Shown here piece after piece: positions 1 through 8,567 of a DNA stretch of 64,000 nt (the stretch's first letter is position 1; each line of letters begins with the position of its first letter). This DNA comes from an uncultured Caldisericales bacterium (GTDB taxonomy: Bacteria; Caldisericota; Caldisericia; JAAYUI01): NCBI GenBank assembly GCA_964613055.1, contig CAZTGD010000008.1, positions 70 to 64,069 on the forward strand, written 5' to 3'. Below the pieces are notes generated by a model. The model searched no databases. It saw only the letters and a list, made by a program, of their open reading frames with translations, and was not told the DNA's origin. The translations under genes were made by a program, and so were the position numbers.

Positions 1-734
1 TATTTGGAGCACTCTGAAAAGATACTGTACCAATCAGCTTGAATCTCAGATCTTACTTTTAACTTTCTACCAGTTGGGTGGGCAATAACATCTATGTCAC
101 CTGACCTGATTACATTTATATACCTTTTTGTTATATCTGGCTTTTTCTGACCAAGTGAGGAATGGATTGCCCCGAGTCGAACTGCACCCTCCATGAAAGT
201 GTAATCAACCCGCCCCTCTCTGTTGATATTTAACTCAATTCCTGGGATCATTTCAAAATCATTACTGTTTGAATTCATCCTATGTATTCGATTGATCTGT
301 TTCTTCAGCGAAACCAGGTTCAATCCCTTAGACGATCCAATATTTTCAGCATGGTCGGTTATGGCAATATAGTCTAATCCAACAGATTTCGCTGTTTTAG
401 ATAACGATGAAAATGACGAACGACCATCACTCCATGTAGTGTGTGTATGAAGATCTCCTTTTATGTCTTCTATCTCAACCAGATTCCAGTCATTGTAACC
501 CGTCAACTCAATGGCATCAGGCCATTCTCTGATCTCTGGTGGTATGTACGCTAACCCCAGTTTTTTATAAAAAACTTGTTCATCTCCGATGATCCGATAG
601 AAGCCTGATCTAGTAGATTTTGAATGAGGAGCGAGTTTGATCAGCTTTTGATAGTGTTCACTAGGTCCAGTGAAGTAGCATAATGCAGAACCGATGTATT
701 TTTGTTTACAGAAGTGGACCCTTGTTCCATAGAA
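1..734 (-). CDS. DNA polymerase X family, C-terminal PHP (polymerase/histidinol phosphatase) domain portion. It runs off the window start and is in a different frame from the upstream Pol-beta-like part.
   Basis: Manual translation of the minus strand from about 734 downward gives ...ALCYFTGPSEHYQKLIKLA...LAYIPPEIREW...GDLHTHTTWSDGRSS...IAITDHAENIGSS...AHPTGRKL. These are the classic PolX linker and PHP metal-binding motifs. The frame is open to position 1 and is shifted by 1 relative to ORF 641..1432. Confidence 0.6.
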
Positions 735-1432
735 TCAAAAGTGCATTTGAAACCGGAAGAAGTGATGAAAGCGTTTTGAACCGGAATATTTTGCATTACT
801 CTTTCAGATATTGCTTTTGACGGAGTTTCGCAGGTGCATAGGATATCAATGTGAGTTATCTCCTCTTTTCCTCTTCTTATATCTCCAGCGATAATGGAAT
901 TATCTACGAGTCTTGTGTCCATTATCATCCTTGATATTAGGTTTGTCATGTAGAAGGCCTTGAACAGAAAAAGGTTTCTTCTTCCATTGTTATACAGAAC
1001 TAGTTGATGTTTAAGTTGATCAACAAATCTCTTACTAAATCCTTTATGATCGTAGATTGAATCTTTTTTCACTAATTGACTGAGTTCGTAAATCGTGTTA
1101 ATGCCATAGTCAAATAACTGCTTAACTGTTGAGGGGTGTAGGTTGTCCAGTTCAAGCAGGTTCTGGATACCTTTAGGAACCGTCTGTCTCAGTGATTTTT
1201 CAATTGATGACTGACCATCTTTAAACATATCCAGTATGACATCAGCCTGGTTGGGTCCCATGTATCCATCACTCACAAGATGGTTAATCAATTCAGGTGA
1301 TACTTCATCAAGGTCGAGTGTGAACATGTCGGTAGACATATCGAGATAACGCAAGGCACCTGATGGATTAGGTGCGAATGGGATCAATCTGGATATCGAT
1401 CGTAGTCTTGATGCAAGTTCCCAGGAGGTCAT
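641..1432 (-). CDS. DNA polymerase X family, N-terminal polymerase-beta-like (HhH / nucleotidyltransferase) part, interrupted by a frameshift before the PHP domain
   Basis: Pol-beta-fold motifs GDIRRGKEEITHIDIL and HhH-like LxxLxGIG-type segments are present. The last ~30 residues (…DSMEQGSTSVNKNTSVLHYATS…) stop matching PolX, while the PHP continuation lies in the adjacent frame. Confidence 0.65.
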   Translation of the reverse strand: MTSWELASRLRSISRLIPFAPNPSGALRYLDMSTDMFTLDLDEVSPELINHLVSDGYMGPNQADVILDMFKDGQSSIEKSLRQTVPKGIQNLLELDNLHPSTVKQLFDYGINTIYELSQLVKKDSIYDHKGFSKRFVDQLKHQLVLYNNGRRNLFLFKAFYMTNLISRMIMDTRLVDNSIIAGDIRRGKEEITHIDILCTCETPSKAISERVMQNIPVQNAFITSSGFKCTFDSMEQGSTSVNKNTSVLHYATSLDLVNTIKS

Positions 1433-3807
1433 CCCATCCGCAATTCAACTCCAAATTTCTCAAGGTTGGTTGACGAGACTTCTATTTGAGAGTCAATCTC
1501 GCTACCGGTGAGAGTGCCTTCTGGATCATTGAACATAAGTGAGAAAGCAAGAGATTTTTTGCCCTTTTCAATGAGTTTATCCGGAGTAAAGAGATCGAAT
1601 AATCTTACTTCAAGTAGTCTTTCGTTACATGAATCGATGATAACTTGCTTTATGCTTTCGCAATCAGAAGATAAAGGTGCTATTAATGATATGTCTCTTA
1701 GAACGGATGGATACTTAGGAACCGCTTTTGCTTTTATGACTGATGGTGTTACCTTTCGCAAGGATTCTATATCGATGTTTGCTAGTTTGAACCGAGAAGA
1801 TATATCTAATCTATTACTGGCTTCAGGATGGATCTCTCCAATGTATCCTAGATAGTTATTCCGGTAAAATACATCCGCCTGTCTGTAGGGATGAAGGTGT
1901 GCATGGCTGGATTCTTTAAGATCAATGTCTCTGACATTCAAGTGTCTGAAAATCTCTACTAACCTGCCTTTAATATCAAAGAAATCAGTAACTCTTGCTC
2001 TGCTGTTCCAGAAATCATTAAGTGATCCTGTTGTTAAAAGGGCAAGCCTTCTCTTCTCTGGACCGAACTGACTGCTGATCTCAAACAATTCAAGGTTTGC
2101 ATTTCCCTGTTTCAGATTCCTCACAGCTACCGATATCAATCCTAACTCGGCAAGTGGTCGCATCATAGTTGAATCCGATGACATTGGATTGGAAATATTG
2201 GGAGATGTTTCAATAAAGCTGTCAAGTAGCAGTGTTTTAAGCTCTTGATCTGACGAAAATGTAAGTGTCTTGCATTCATTGAAGCCCAGTCCAGCCGATA
2301 TCCTTTTTAATCTCTGTTCAAAAGCAAACTCCGGTTCCTCATTCATTATGCTCAGTTTTATCTTAGGCAGTGTAGCTGGAACCTTGTCATATCCTGTTAC
2401 CCTTACCGCTTCTTCGATCAAATCAATCTCGCTTGAAAGGTCAACAGAACGATATCCAGGTATCTCAACAGAGATGTCATCTTCACCATCGCACTTGATA
2501 CCGAGTATTGAAAAACCTGTTTTAACTCTGTTTAGATCTGGTAGATAACCGAGTATCTGTTTCATCCTACTTGATCTAAGTATGAGTTTGGGTCTTTTAA
2601 ACATACCACCTACTGATAGTGGTTTCGCACACGGGATGCCAAGAAAATCCATAACCATCAAAGCGGTTCTTTCTGTTGTTTCGATATCAGCACCTTTGTC
2701 AAAACGTGTGCTGGCATCTGTTCTGATGCCTGTTAGAGAAACCGTTTTCGCTATCGTTTCGTTGCTGAAGGATGCTGATTCTAAGAAAATCCGTCTCGTG
2801 TTGTTATCAATTTCACTGTCCTTGCCACCCATAATACCAGCGATACCTACCGGTTCATCTCCATCACATATCATAAGGGTTCCTTCTGGAAGATCATGTT
2901 CAACGTCATCGAGGGTTTTGAACTTCATCGGTTTTTTGGTGTTGGAAACCCTTATTGTCCCACTCTTGATCTTTCTAAGATCAAATGCATGGGTGGGTTG
3001 ATTAGTGAAGTACATTGCCAAATTGGTTGCATCCACAACGTTGTTTACCGGTCGAATATTACTTGCAAGAAGAAGCTTTCTCATCTTGAAACCAGATGGT
3101 TCAACATTGTCAATGTTGGCAATTACACCAGTGTATCTAGGACATTCTTCTTCGTTGTCGATATTTATACCGATCTGATCCTCAGTAATGCCTTCAAGTT
3201 TAATATTTACCGTATTAAATCTTGGAACGTCTGGAGCCAATCCGGTCTTCCACCATTGAACTAATGCAAGTTCCCTAATCAATCCTTCCAGCCCTTGCCA
3301 TTCGGGATGGTTTGGAGTAATGCTCTCCTCAAGGAGTGTATCCTTTAGCCATAATGATTCATTTGGATCTGTGAACTCAGGAGAATCCTTAGGGAGTATC
3401 CAAACGCCTTCACGCTCATCAGCAGGTAGAAGATCTGTGTTGATTCCACAATCTTTACTTGAGGCAAATACACCCTGTGAGAGAAACCCCTGAATCGATT
3501 TATCTACAACATCTCTACTTCCAATGAGCCCTCCAGGAAGAACAGCAATTATCTTATCTCCAACCTTAACGGTTTTAGAGTTAGTGATTATCTCAACCAA
3601 CTCTCCACTCTCTACCTCAGTCTTTGTGAGTTTTAGTTTTTCTGTTGCGGGAGATATCTCTCTAATGATACCTATTGTTGCGCCATCAATTGAATGTCTA
3701 TTAAAAATATTTTCAATCTCAACACCAAGGGCTGTGAAACCATCGACTATTTCTTCGTTTGTGAGTATCCACGGAATAAATGATCTTATGAGATTAAGTG
3801 ATATCAT
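1429..3807 (-). CDS. pheT: phenylalanine--tRNA ligase beta subunit
   Basis: 792 aa. It has an N-terminal tRNA-binding domain, B3/4 and B5 domains and a C-terminal FDX-ACB-like region. It sits immediately downstream of pheS with a 1-nt overlap. Confidence 0.93.
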   Translation of the reverse strand: MISLNLIRSFIPWILTNEEIVDGFTALGVEIENIFNRHSIDGATIGIIREISPATEKLKLTKTEVESGELVEIITNSKTVKVGDKIIAVLPGGLIGSRDVVDKSIQGFLSQGVFASSKDCGINTDLLPADEREGVWILPKDSPEFTDPNESLWLKDTLLEESITPNHPEWQGLEGLIRELALVQWWKTGLAPDVPRFNTVNIKLEGITEDQIGINIDNEEECPRYTGVIANIDNVEPSGFKMRKLLLASNIRPVNNVVDATNLAMYFTNQPTHAFDLRKIKSGTIRVSNTKKPMKFKTLDDVEHDLPEGTLMICDGDEPVGIAGIMGGKDSEIDNNTRRIFLESASFSNETIAKTVSLTGIRTDASTRFDKGADIETTERTALMVMDFLGIPCAKPLSVGGMFKRPKLILRSSRMKQILGYLPDLNRVKTGFSILGIKCDGEDDISVEIPGYRSVDLSSEIDLIEEAVRVTGYDKVPATLPKIKLSIMNEEPEFAFEQRLKRISAGLGFNECKTLTFSSDQELKTLLLDSFIETSPNISNPMSSDSTMMRPLAELGLISVAVRNLKQGNANLELFEISSQFGPEKRRLALLTTGSLNDFWNSRARVTDFFDIKGRLVEIFRHLNVRDIDLKESSHAHLHPYRQADVFYRNNYLGYIGEIHPEASNRLDISSRFKLANIDIESLRKVTPSVIKAKAVPKYPSVLRDISLIAPLSSDCESIKQVIIDSCNERLLEVRLFDLFTPDKLIEKGKKSLAFSLMFNDPEGTLTGSEIDSQIEVSSTNLEKFGVELRMG

Positions 3808-4829
3808 TATATACCTCCAAACTGCGTGAGGAATCGAGTGTCACAGGTGAATAGATCTCGAATGTCGTTGATGCCGTATTTCAGCATCGCAATCCTATCC
3901 AATCCCCATCCAAAGGCAAATCCTTGATATTTATCAGGATCATAGCCAACGTGTCTTAAAACATTAGGATGAACCATCCCTGATCCACCCATCTCAATCC
4001 ATCCCGATTGTTTACACGTCTTGCAACCTTTTCCACCACAGAAAGGGCATGATGCCAGCGTTTCAGCACCTGGCTCTACAAATGGGAAGTATGAAGGTTG
4101 GAACCTTACCTTCGTTTCTTCGCCAAATATCTCTGAAAGCATTAGGGTTAGAATCCCAGCCAGATCGGAAAAAGTTACATCAGTATCTATCATCAAGCCC
4201 TCTATCTGATGAAACACGGGCATGTGCGATGCGTCAATTGTATCCTTTCGATAGCATGTACCCAAAGCGATCATCCTAATGGGTGGGTCCCTTGATTCCA
4301 TCATTCTAATCTGCGTTGGAGAGGTATGTGTTCGGAGTAGGTTCCCGTCTTCCATGTAGAATGTGTCTTGCAAAGCTCTTGCAGGATGAAACTCAGGTAT
4401 GTTAAGTGCTTCGAAGTTGTGGAACTCGTCCTCAATGTGTGGTCCAGTTCTCACCTCAAAGCCTATCTTATGAAAGATATCAGCAACTTCATTCATAACC
4501 ACAGATACTGGATGCAGTGTGCCAGTTGGATTAGACCTTCCAGGAAGGGTTATATCAATCCTCTCACTTTCGATGAGTTCCTGTTTCTCTTGCTCCACAA
4601 TCTTTATGCGCTTCTCTTCAATGAGTGAAGTCAGTTTTTTCTTTACGGTGTTTAATTCGTTAGCTACTGTCTTTTTCTCCTCTGGATCAAGACCGCCTAA
4701 ACCTTTGAATGCTTTTGTAAGCTCTGACTTCCTACCGAGATATTCAACTCTCACCTTCTCAAGTTCATTGGTTGTTGATGCACTCGATATTGATTCGATT
4801 GCTTTCTGTTCTAATTCATCCATACTCAT
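3807..4829 (-). CDS. pheS: phenylalanine--tRNA ligase alpha subunit
   Basis: 340 aa with class II aaRS motifs (…FGWGLDRIAMLKYGINDIRDLF…). ATGA overlap with the upstream radical-SAM gene. Confidence 0.95.
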   Translation of the reverse strand: MSMDELEQKAIESISSASTTNELEKVRVEYLGRKSELTKAFKGLGGLDPEEKKTVANELNTVKKKLTSLIEEKRIKIVEQEKQELIESERIDITLPGRSNPTGTLHPVSVVMNEVADIFHKIGFEVRTGPHIEDEFHNFEALNIPEFHPARALQDTFYMEDGNLLRTHTSPTQIRMMESRDPPIRMIALGTCYRKDTIDASHMPVFHQIEGLMIDTDVTFSDLAGILTLMLSEIFGEETKVRFQPSYFPFVEPGAETLASCPFCGGKGCKTCKQSGWIEMGGSGMVHPNVLRHVGYDPDKYQGFAFGWGLDRIAMLKYGINDIRDLFTCDTRFLTQFGGI

Positions 4830-6208
4830 TGTTTAGCCTCCGAGTAGTATTTGTTTAGATCGCAACCAAAATCGGATAGCAACCAATCTCCCTTAGCTGA
4901 TGCCCTGGCTCTGCACCCTCCACAATCTATATTGTGAATGCATGTCTTGCATTTACCTTTGAGCTGAGATCTGTCCCATAAAGGTGAGAATCGTTCCCAA
5001 GCTTCTTCAAAAGAAACCTTTGTCAGGTTTCCAACAACCGGATAGAAAGGCGAAAACATGCATGGTGTCAGGTCTCCATTGGGTTGAATGTTTGCATACA
5101 GTCTTCCTGCCGGACAGCCTCCAAGAATATCCTTAAAACCTCTGAAGAATCGGTGATGTGGTTTCATGTTGAAGTAGGCGGTTATTGGAAATGCGTTTGA
5201 ATCAGGAGGAGATTGTTTTGGATCACCTTCAATTCCTACCGTTTCAATTATATAATGCGGTGTTTCAGACAATATCTCTATCTCATCATCATCTATTCCA
5301 GCGAGTTTGGCCATGGTATCAGATCGTTCCTTTGCTGTCAGGTCGAGGTCCGATACATCCTCGCCCCTGCCAACAGACACAAGATGATAGAAGACAATTC
5401 GATTGAAATGGTTATCCTTTGCAAGTTTGATAAAATCCTCTACCTGTTCGAAGTTGAATTTGGTCAGGGTTACACCCATTGAGAGATGCAAGCCTTTTCT
5501 TGAGAGAGTTTCAGCCGCTATAAGACTCTTTTCAAATGCGCCTTGCATGCCTCTGAAATTATCGTGAACAGAAGCATCAGTCGAGTCAATTGATATTTGG
5601 GTGTACCTGACCCCCGATGATTTCAATTTGTATGCAACTTGATCGTTGATGAGAGTACCATTGGTGTCAATAGATATAAAAAACCCCTTGGAATATGCAT
5701 ATTTTGTAACGGTGTAGAAATCGTCCGACATAATAGGTTCCCCGCCAGAAAAAGTTATCGCGGCTGTTCCAGCTTCATTTAGTTGGTCAATGATATGGAG
5801 TTTCTGATCCAAGTTCATGTGGTCCCTCTCATCTGAGCTAGCCCGTTGGAAGCAGTGTTTGCACTTTAGATTGCATCGATTGGTAAGGTTGAATACAACA
5901 GAAAATGGGGCAGACAAAACAATGGGGATGCTTAATCCTCGTTGAGCTACGCTTTTTATAACGAGCAGAAAGCACCTTGTTATACCTGGATCAACAAGTA
6001 TCATTTTTACTTGTGTCCAACCAATACCCATAGAACTCATAAATGCTTTAAGTATCAGATTGAAAAAAAAGGTATAGACATATTCAAATGGATTCATCCT
6101 GACTTTTTGATTGATCGAGATCAAAGCCTTCCGCGCGCTGACCAATGTGTTTCGGAGAAACCACCTTGCAGGCAATGAATTTAGGAACCATAATAATATT
6201 CTTCGCAT
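4826..6208 (-). CDS. radical SAM / SPASM-domain protein of unknown substrate, with a hydrophobic N-terminal extension; the true start may be an internal Met
   Basis: CxxxCxxC motif (NRCNLKCKHCF), a GGEP SAM-binding motif, and a C-terminal SPASM Cys cluster (GGCPAG…PC…CKTCIHNIDCGGCRARA). It is the first gene of the rSAM-pheS-pheT-polX co-directional block. Confidence 0.8.
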   Translation of the reverse strand: MRRILLWFLNSLPARWFLRNTLVSARKALISINQKVRMNPFEYVYTFFFNLILKAFMSSMGIGWTQVKMILVDPGITRCFLLVIKSVAQRGLSIPIVLSAPFSVVFNLTNRCNLKCKHCFQRASSDERDHMNLDQKLHIIDQLNEAGTAAITFSGGEPIMSDDFYTVTKYAYSKGFFISIDTNGTLINDQVAYKLKSSGVRYTQISIDSTDASVHDNFRGMQGAFEKSLIAAETLSRKGLHLSMGVTLTKFNFEQVEDFIKLAKDNHFNRIVFYHLVSVGRGEDVSDLDLTAKERSDTMAKLAGIDDDEIEILSETPHYIIETVGIEGDPKQSPPDSNAFPITAYFNMKPHHRFFRGFKDILGGCPAGRLYANIQPNGDLTPCMFSPFYPVVGNLTKVSFEEAWERFSPLWDRSQLKGKCKTCIHNIDCGGCRARASAKGDWLLSDFGCDLNKYYSEAKQ

Positions 6209-6219
6209 ACTGTTAATGT

Positions 6220-6228
6220 ATTATAGCA
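6220..6228 (-). promoter_or_regulatory. candidate extended -10 element (TGcTATAAT on the minus strand) 11 nt upstream of the rSAM ATG
   Basis: The reverse complement of 6220-6228 reads TGCTATAAT. No good -35 is visible. It would give a very short or leaderless 5'UTR. Confidence 0.25.
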
Positions 6229-6264
6229 ACATATGTTAAGATGCAAAGGAGTGTAGCATATCGC

Positions 6265-6293
6265 TTGACGACTCATATCAAATTGAATAGTAT
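6265..6293 (+). promoter_or_regulatory. sigma70-like promoter for the Roadblock pair (-35 TTGACG, 17-nt spacer, -10 TAGTAT)
   Basis: TTGACG at 6265-6270 and TAGTAT at 6288-6293. An AAGGAGGA RBS lies at 6305-6312 and the ATG at 6317. Confidence 0.4.
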
Positions 6294-6316
6294 GTTCAAT
6301 AACAAAGGAGGATATT

Positions 6317-6682
6317 ATGGAACTTGATAACCTACTTAAAGAGTTAGCGGAGGAATTGGTCGGTCTGAAGTGTTCAGCTGTTGTCGGAACAGACGGTCTT
6401 GTAATCAGCCAAGATGTTGTATCAGATGATGTAGATGTTCCCACCTTGATGGTTATGTTTTCAAGCGTTTTCAACACAACAAAGAAAGCCAGCATTGAGA
6501 TTGGTGAATCAGGTAAATTGTGCAGTATCCACACATTTGATAATCACTACATCATAATGCAAGAGATTGGAGACTTAGGTTTTTTTGTCATTACATGCAT
6601 CGATGTAGCTAGTGGTAACATAGGTAAAGCTCGATATATGATGAACAAACTTGAAAATAGGTTTTATGAGGAACTGAAATGA
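6317..6682 (+). CDS. Roadblock/LC7 (MglB-like) domain protein
   Basis: 121 aa. The pattern …LVGLKCSAVVGTDGLVISQDV.SDD…LMVMFSSVFNTTKKA…LCSIHTFDNHYIIMQEIGDLGFFVI is typical of the Roadblock/LC7 fold. A strong RBS precedes it. Confidence 0.75.
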   Translation: MELDNLLKELAEELVGLKCSAVVGTDGLVISQDVVSDDVDVPTLMVMFSSVFNTTKKASIEIGESGKLCSIHTFDNHYIIMQEIGDLGFFVITCIDVASGNIGKARYMMNKLENRFYEELK

Positions 6683-7674
6683 GTAATTACACACAAATAT
6701 TGAAGAATGCGATTGTAAATGTGAAGCATTGTCAAAGGGCAATCGTCTCTACGTCGGATGGTTTACTAATCGAGTCATATCCTGAATCAGACGATGTTAT
6801 TAATGATACCCTTTCAGCAGCAACCTCATCTATCTATGGAATTACAACGTCGGTTTCAGCTAGAACAGGAAAACATGAGAGTGATTACATACTGATAAAG
6901 AATCCTGATTCCTTTATTTTGGTCTATTTTGTTGAGAATGTGTCTTTGATGATGATTGCAGATAGCCGAGTTAATCTTGGTATGCTCCTGCATGTTGGCA
7001 GGAAACTGAAAAATGCTATAGGCGAACTGCAAAAAGAATCATCCTATGAACAGGAATGGGAGCAATCCCATGAATTAGAATCCTCTCAAGAATTGGAAGA
7101 TTCTACAATTAATAAAGAGATAGTCGAAGAGAGTGAATCTGCAGTTGGACACGCTTACGATAAGGCTGAGAGCGCTGACCTAAAAGTGTCTAAAAGCGTT
7201 ACTCAGGAATCAATAATGCATGATAAGCCAGGCACAGACTATGAACCTGAGGAAGAACCTTCATTTGTAGCAGTTCAACAAGAGGAGAATGAGTCAGTTG
7301 TTGATGATCCTTCGCCAATTGAAAGCGAGAGCTTGAAAGACGAAGAGGAAAACGAGTTTCATTTTTCTGATGAAGATAAGCTGAATAACAATGAGTCCGA
7401 GGTATCTGATGGCACATCGTCAGTCACTATATCGTTTAACGATGAGAATGGAGATAACGATAATAAGCGTGTTGTCGATGAAGAAACAGAACAAATAGAT
7501 GATGATATAGAAGATACATCTGATCCCGATGATTCAGTAGAAACTGATCAAATGGAAGATGATGAGAGTGCTGAGGAAAACACCGACAGCTATCAATCCT
7601 TTGCTTCCTGGAGAGAAAGGATGCAAAGGGAGAGTGATGATGAGGATGATTCATCAAAGGATGGGCTTCTATAG
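6679..7674 (+). CDS. Roadblock/LC7 domain protein with a ~200-aa hyper-acidic (D/E/S-rich) C-terminal tail
   Basis: The N-terminal 120 aa (…RAIVSTSDGLLIESYPESDD…LSAATSSIYGITTSV…SFILVYFVENVSLMMIADS…) is a second Roadblock fold. The remainder is low-complexity acidic sequence. ATGA overlap with the upstream paralog. Confidence 0.7.
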   Translation: MSNYTQILKNAIVNVKHCQRAIVSTSDGLLIESYPESDDVINDTLSAATSSIYGITTSVSARTGKHESDYILIKNPDSFILVYFVENVSLMMIADSRVNLGMLLHVGRKLKNAIGELQKESSYEQEWEQSHELESSQELEDSTINKEIVEESESAVGHAYDKAESADLKVSKSVTQESIMHDKPGTDYEPEEEPSFVAVQQEENESVVDDPSPIESESLKDEEENEFHFSDEDKLNNNESEVSDGTSSVTISFNDENGDNDNKRVVDEETEQIDDDIEDTSDPDDSVETDQMEDDESAEENTDSYQSFASWRERMQRESDDEDDSSKDGLL

Positions 7675-7751
7675 AATCAGGTAATCGTAATATTCGAATA
7701 AATACCCTCATCGCAAGATCGGGGTTTTGTTCTAGAAGAAAAGCAGATGAA

Positions 7752-8390
7752 TTGATAAGTCAAGGTCGAGTGTGTGTGGATGGTGTTAGAGTAAAAAAAC
7801 TGGGCATAAGAGTTTCATTAGAATCAAAGGTATCAATAGACGGCGCTTATCTTGATAAACTAAAAGAGTACGATTACATAGTTCTTAACAAGGCCAGGCT
7901 TTCGATCACTTCCCATAGTGACAATGCTGGCAGGGACACAATATATAAGACCTTACCAGAGAAATTATCTCATCTAAATCCTGTTGGCAGGCTTGATTAT
8001 GATGCATCTGGAGTACTCATTCTAACAAACGACGGAGAACTTTTATACAAGCTGACACATCCGAAGTTCCAGATCAATCGAGTGTACAGAGTATCGTGCT
8101 ACAATAGGATAAGTGGCCATGATGTTTTAAACCTTAAGAAAGGTGTTTATATCTCCAAAGACCAGTTGACTCGACCAGATAACGTAACAAGGCAGGGACA
8201 GTATTTATTTATTACGATTCATGAGGGAAGGTATCATCATGTAAAGAGAATGATTGAAGCCATTGGGAATAGAGTGAATCGTATAAAGAGAATTGAATAT
8301 GCTGGGATTAGAGTTAAAGGAATACAATCAGGGGCTTGGAGATACCTCTCACATAAAGAAATACGATCTATAAAAAGGTTAACAAGCTAG
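7752..8390 (+). CDS. pseudouridine synthase, RsuA/RluB family. The S4 domain appears to extend upstream of the first canonical start.
   Basis: Catalytic region …GRLDYDASGVLILTNDGEL…KHPK…RVYRV…. The TTG at 7752 is the first ATG/GTG/TTG in frame. The in-frame upstream translation back to 7650 reads …IRINTLIARSGFCSRRKADELI, which is the S4 RNA-binding motif. Confidence 0.8.
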   Translation: MISQGRVCVDGVRVKKLGIRVSLESKVSIDGAYLDKLKEYDYIVLNKARLSITSHSDNAGRDTIYKTLPEKLSHLNPVGRLDYDASGVLILTNDGELLYKLTHPKFQINRVYRVSCYNRISGHDVLNLKKGVYISKDQLTRPDNVTRQGQYLFITIHEGRYHHVKRMIEAIGNRVNRIKRIEYAGIRVKGIQSGAWRYLSHKEIRSIKRLTS

Positions 8391-8477
8391 GCTAGCAAAG
8401 CATTTTACATCCCTTAATATTTGATTGGTTTAATCTCGGGAAATCTGATTAACCTATGTATGCACACATCTTTTTCC

Positions 8478-8551
8478 GGGCCCATAGCTCAGTTGGTCAG
8501 AGCAACTGGCTCATAACCAGTGGGTCGCAGGTTCGAGTCCTGCTGGGCCCA
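8478..8551 (+). tRNA. tRNA with a CAT anticodon (elongator tRNA-Met or lysidine-modified tRNA-Ile2); no encoded CCA
   Basis: 74-nt cloverleaf: acceptor GGGCCCA/TGGGCCC, D-arm GCTC-AGTTGGTCA-GAGC, anticodon stem ACTGG/CCAGT with loop CTCATAA, T-arm GCAGG-TTCGAGT-CCTGC, discriminator A. G1-C72 and the absence of a 3-GC anticodon stem argue against an initiator tRNA. C4:G69 and C5:G68 resemble tRNA-Ile2 determinants. Confidence 0.85.
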
Positions 8552-8567
8552 TACTGAAGTGAGGTAA

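Noticed and set aside
1508-3829. Five plus-strand ORFs (1508..1855, 2270..2548, 2582..3001, 2896..3264, 3524..3829) inside pheT.
   Set aside because: They are antisense to a confidently identified, motif-rich pheT. Their products are compositionally odd (Ser/Leu-rich) with no RBS, so they are spurious shadow ORFs.
6181-6534. Minus-strand ORF of 117 aa overlapping the divergent promoter region and the first Roadblock gene.
   Set aside because: It is antisense to a gene with a strong RBS and promoter, and its product is low-complexity Ser/Thr-rich. It is not adjacent in a way that would make it an rSAM precursor peptide.
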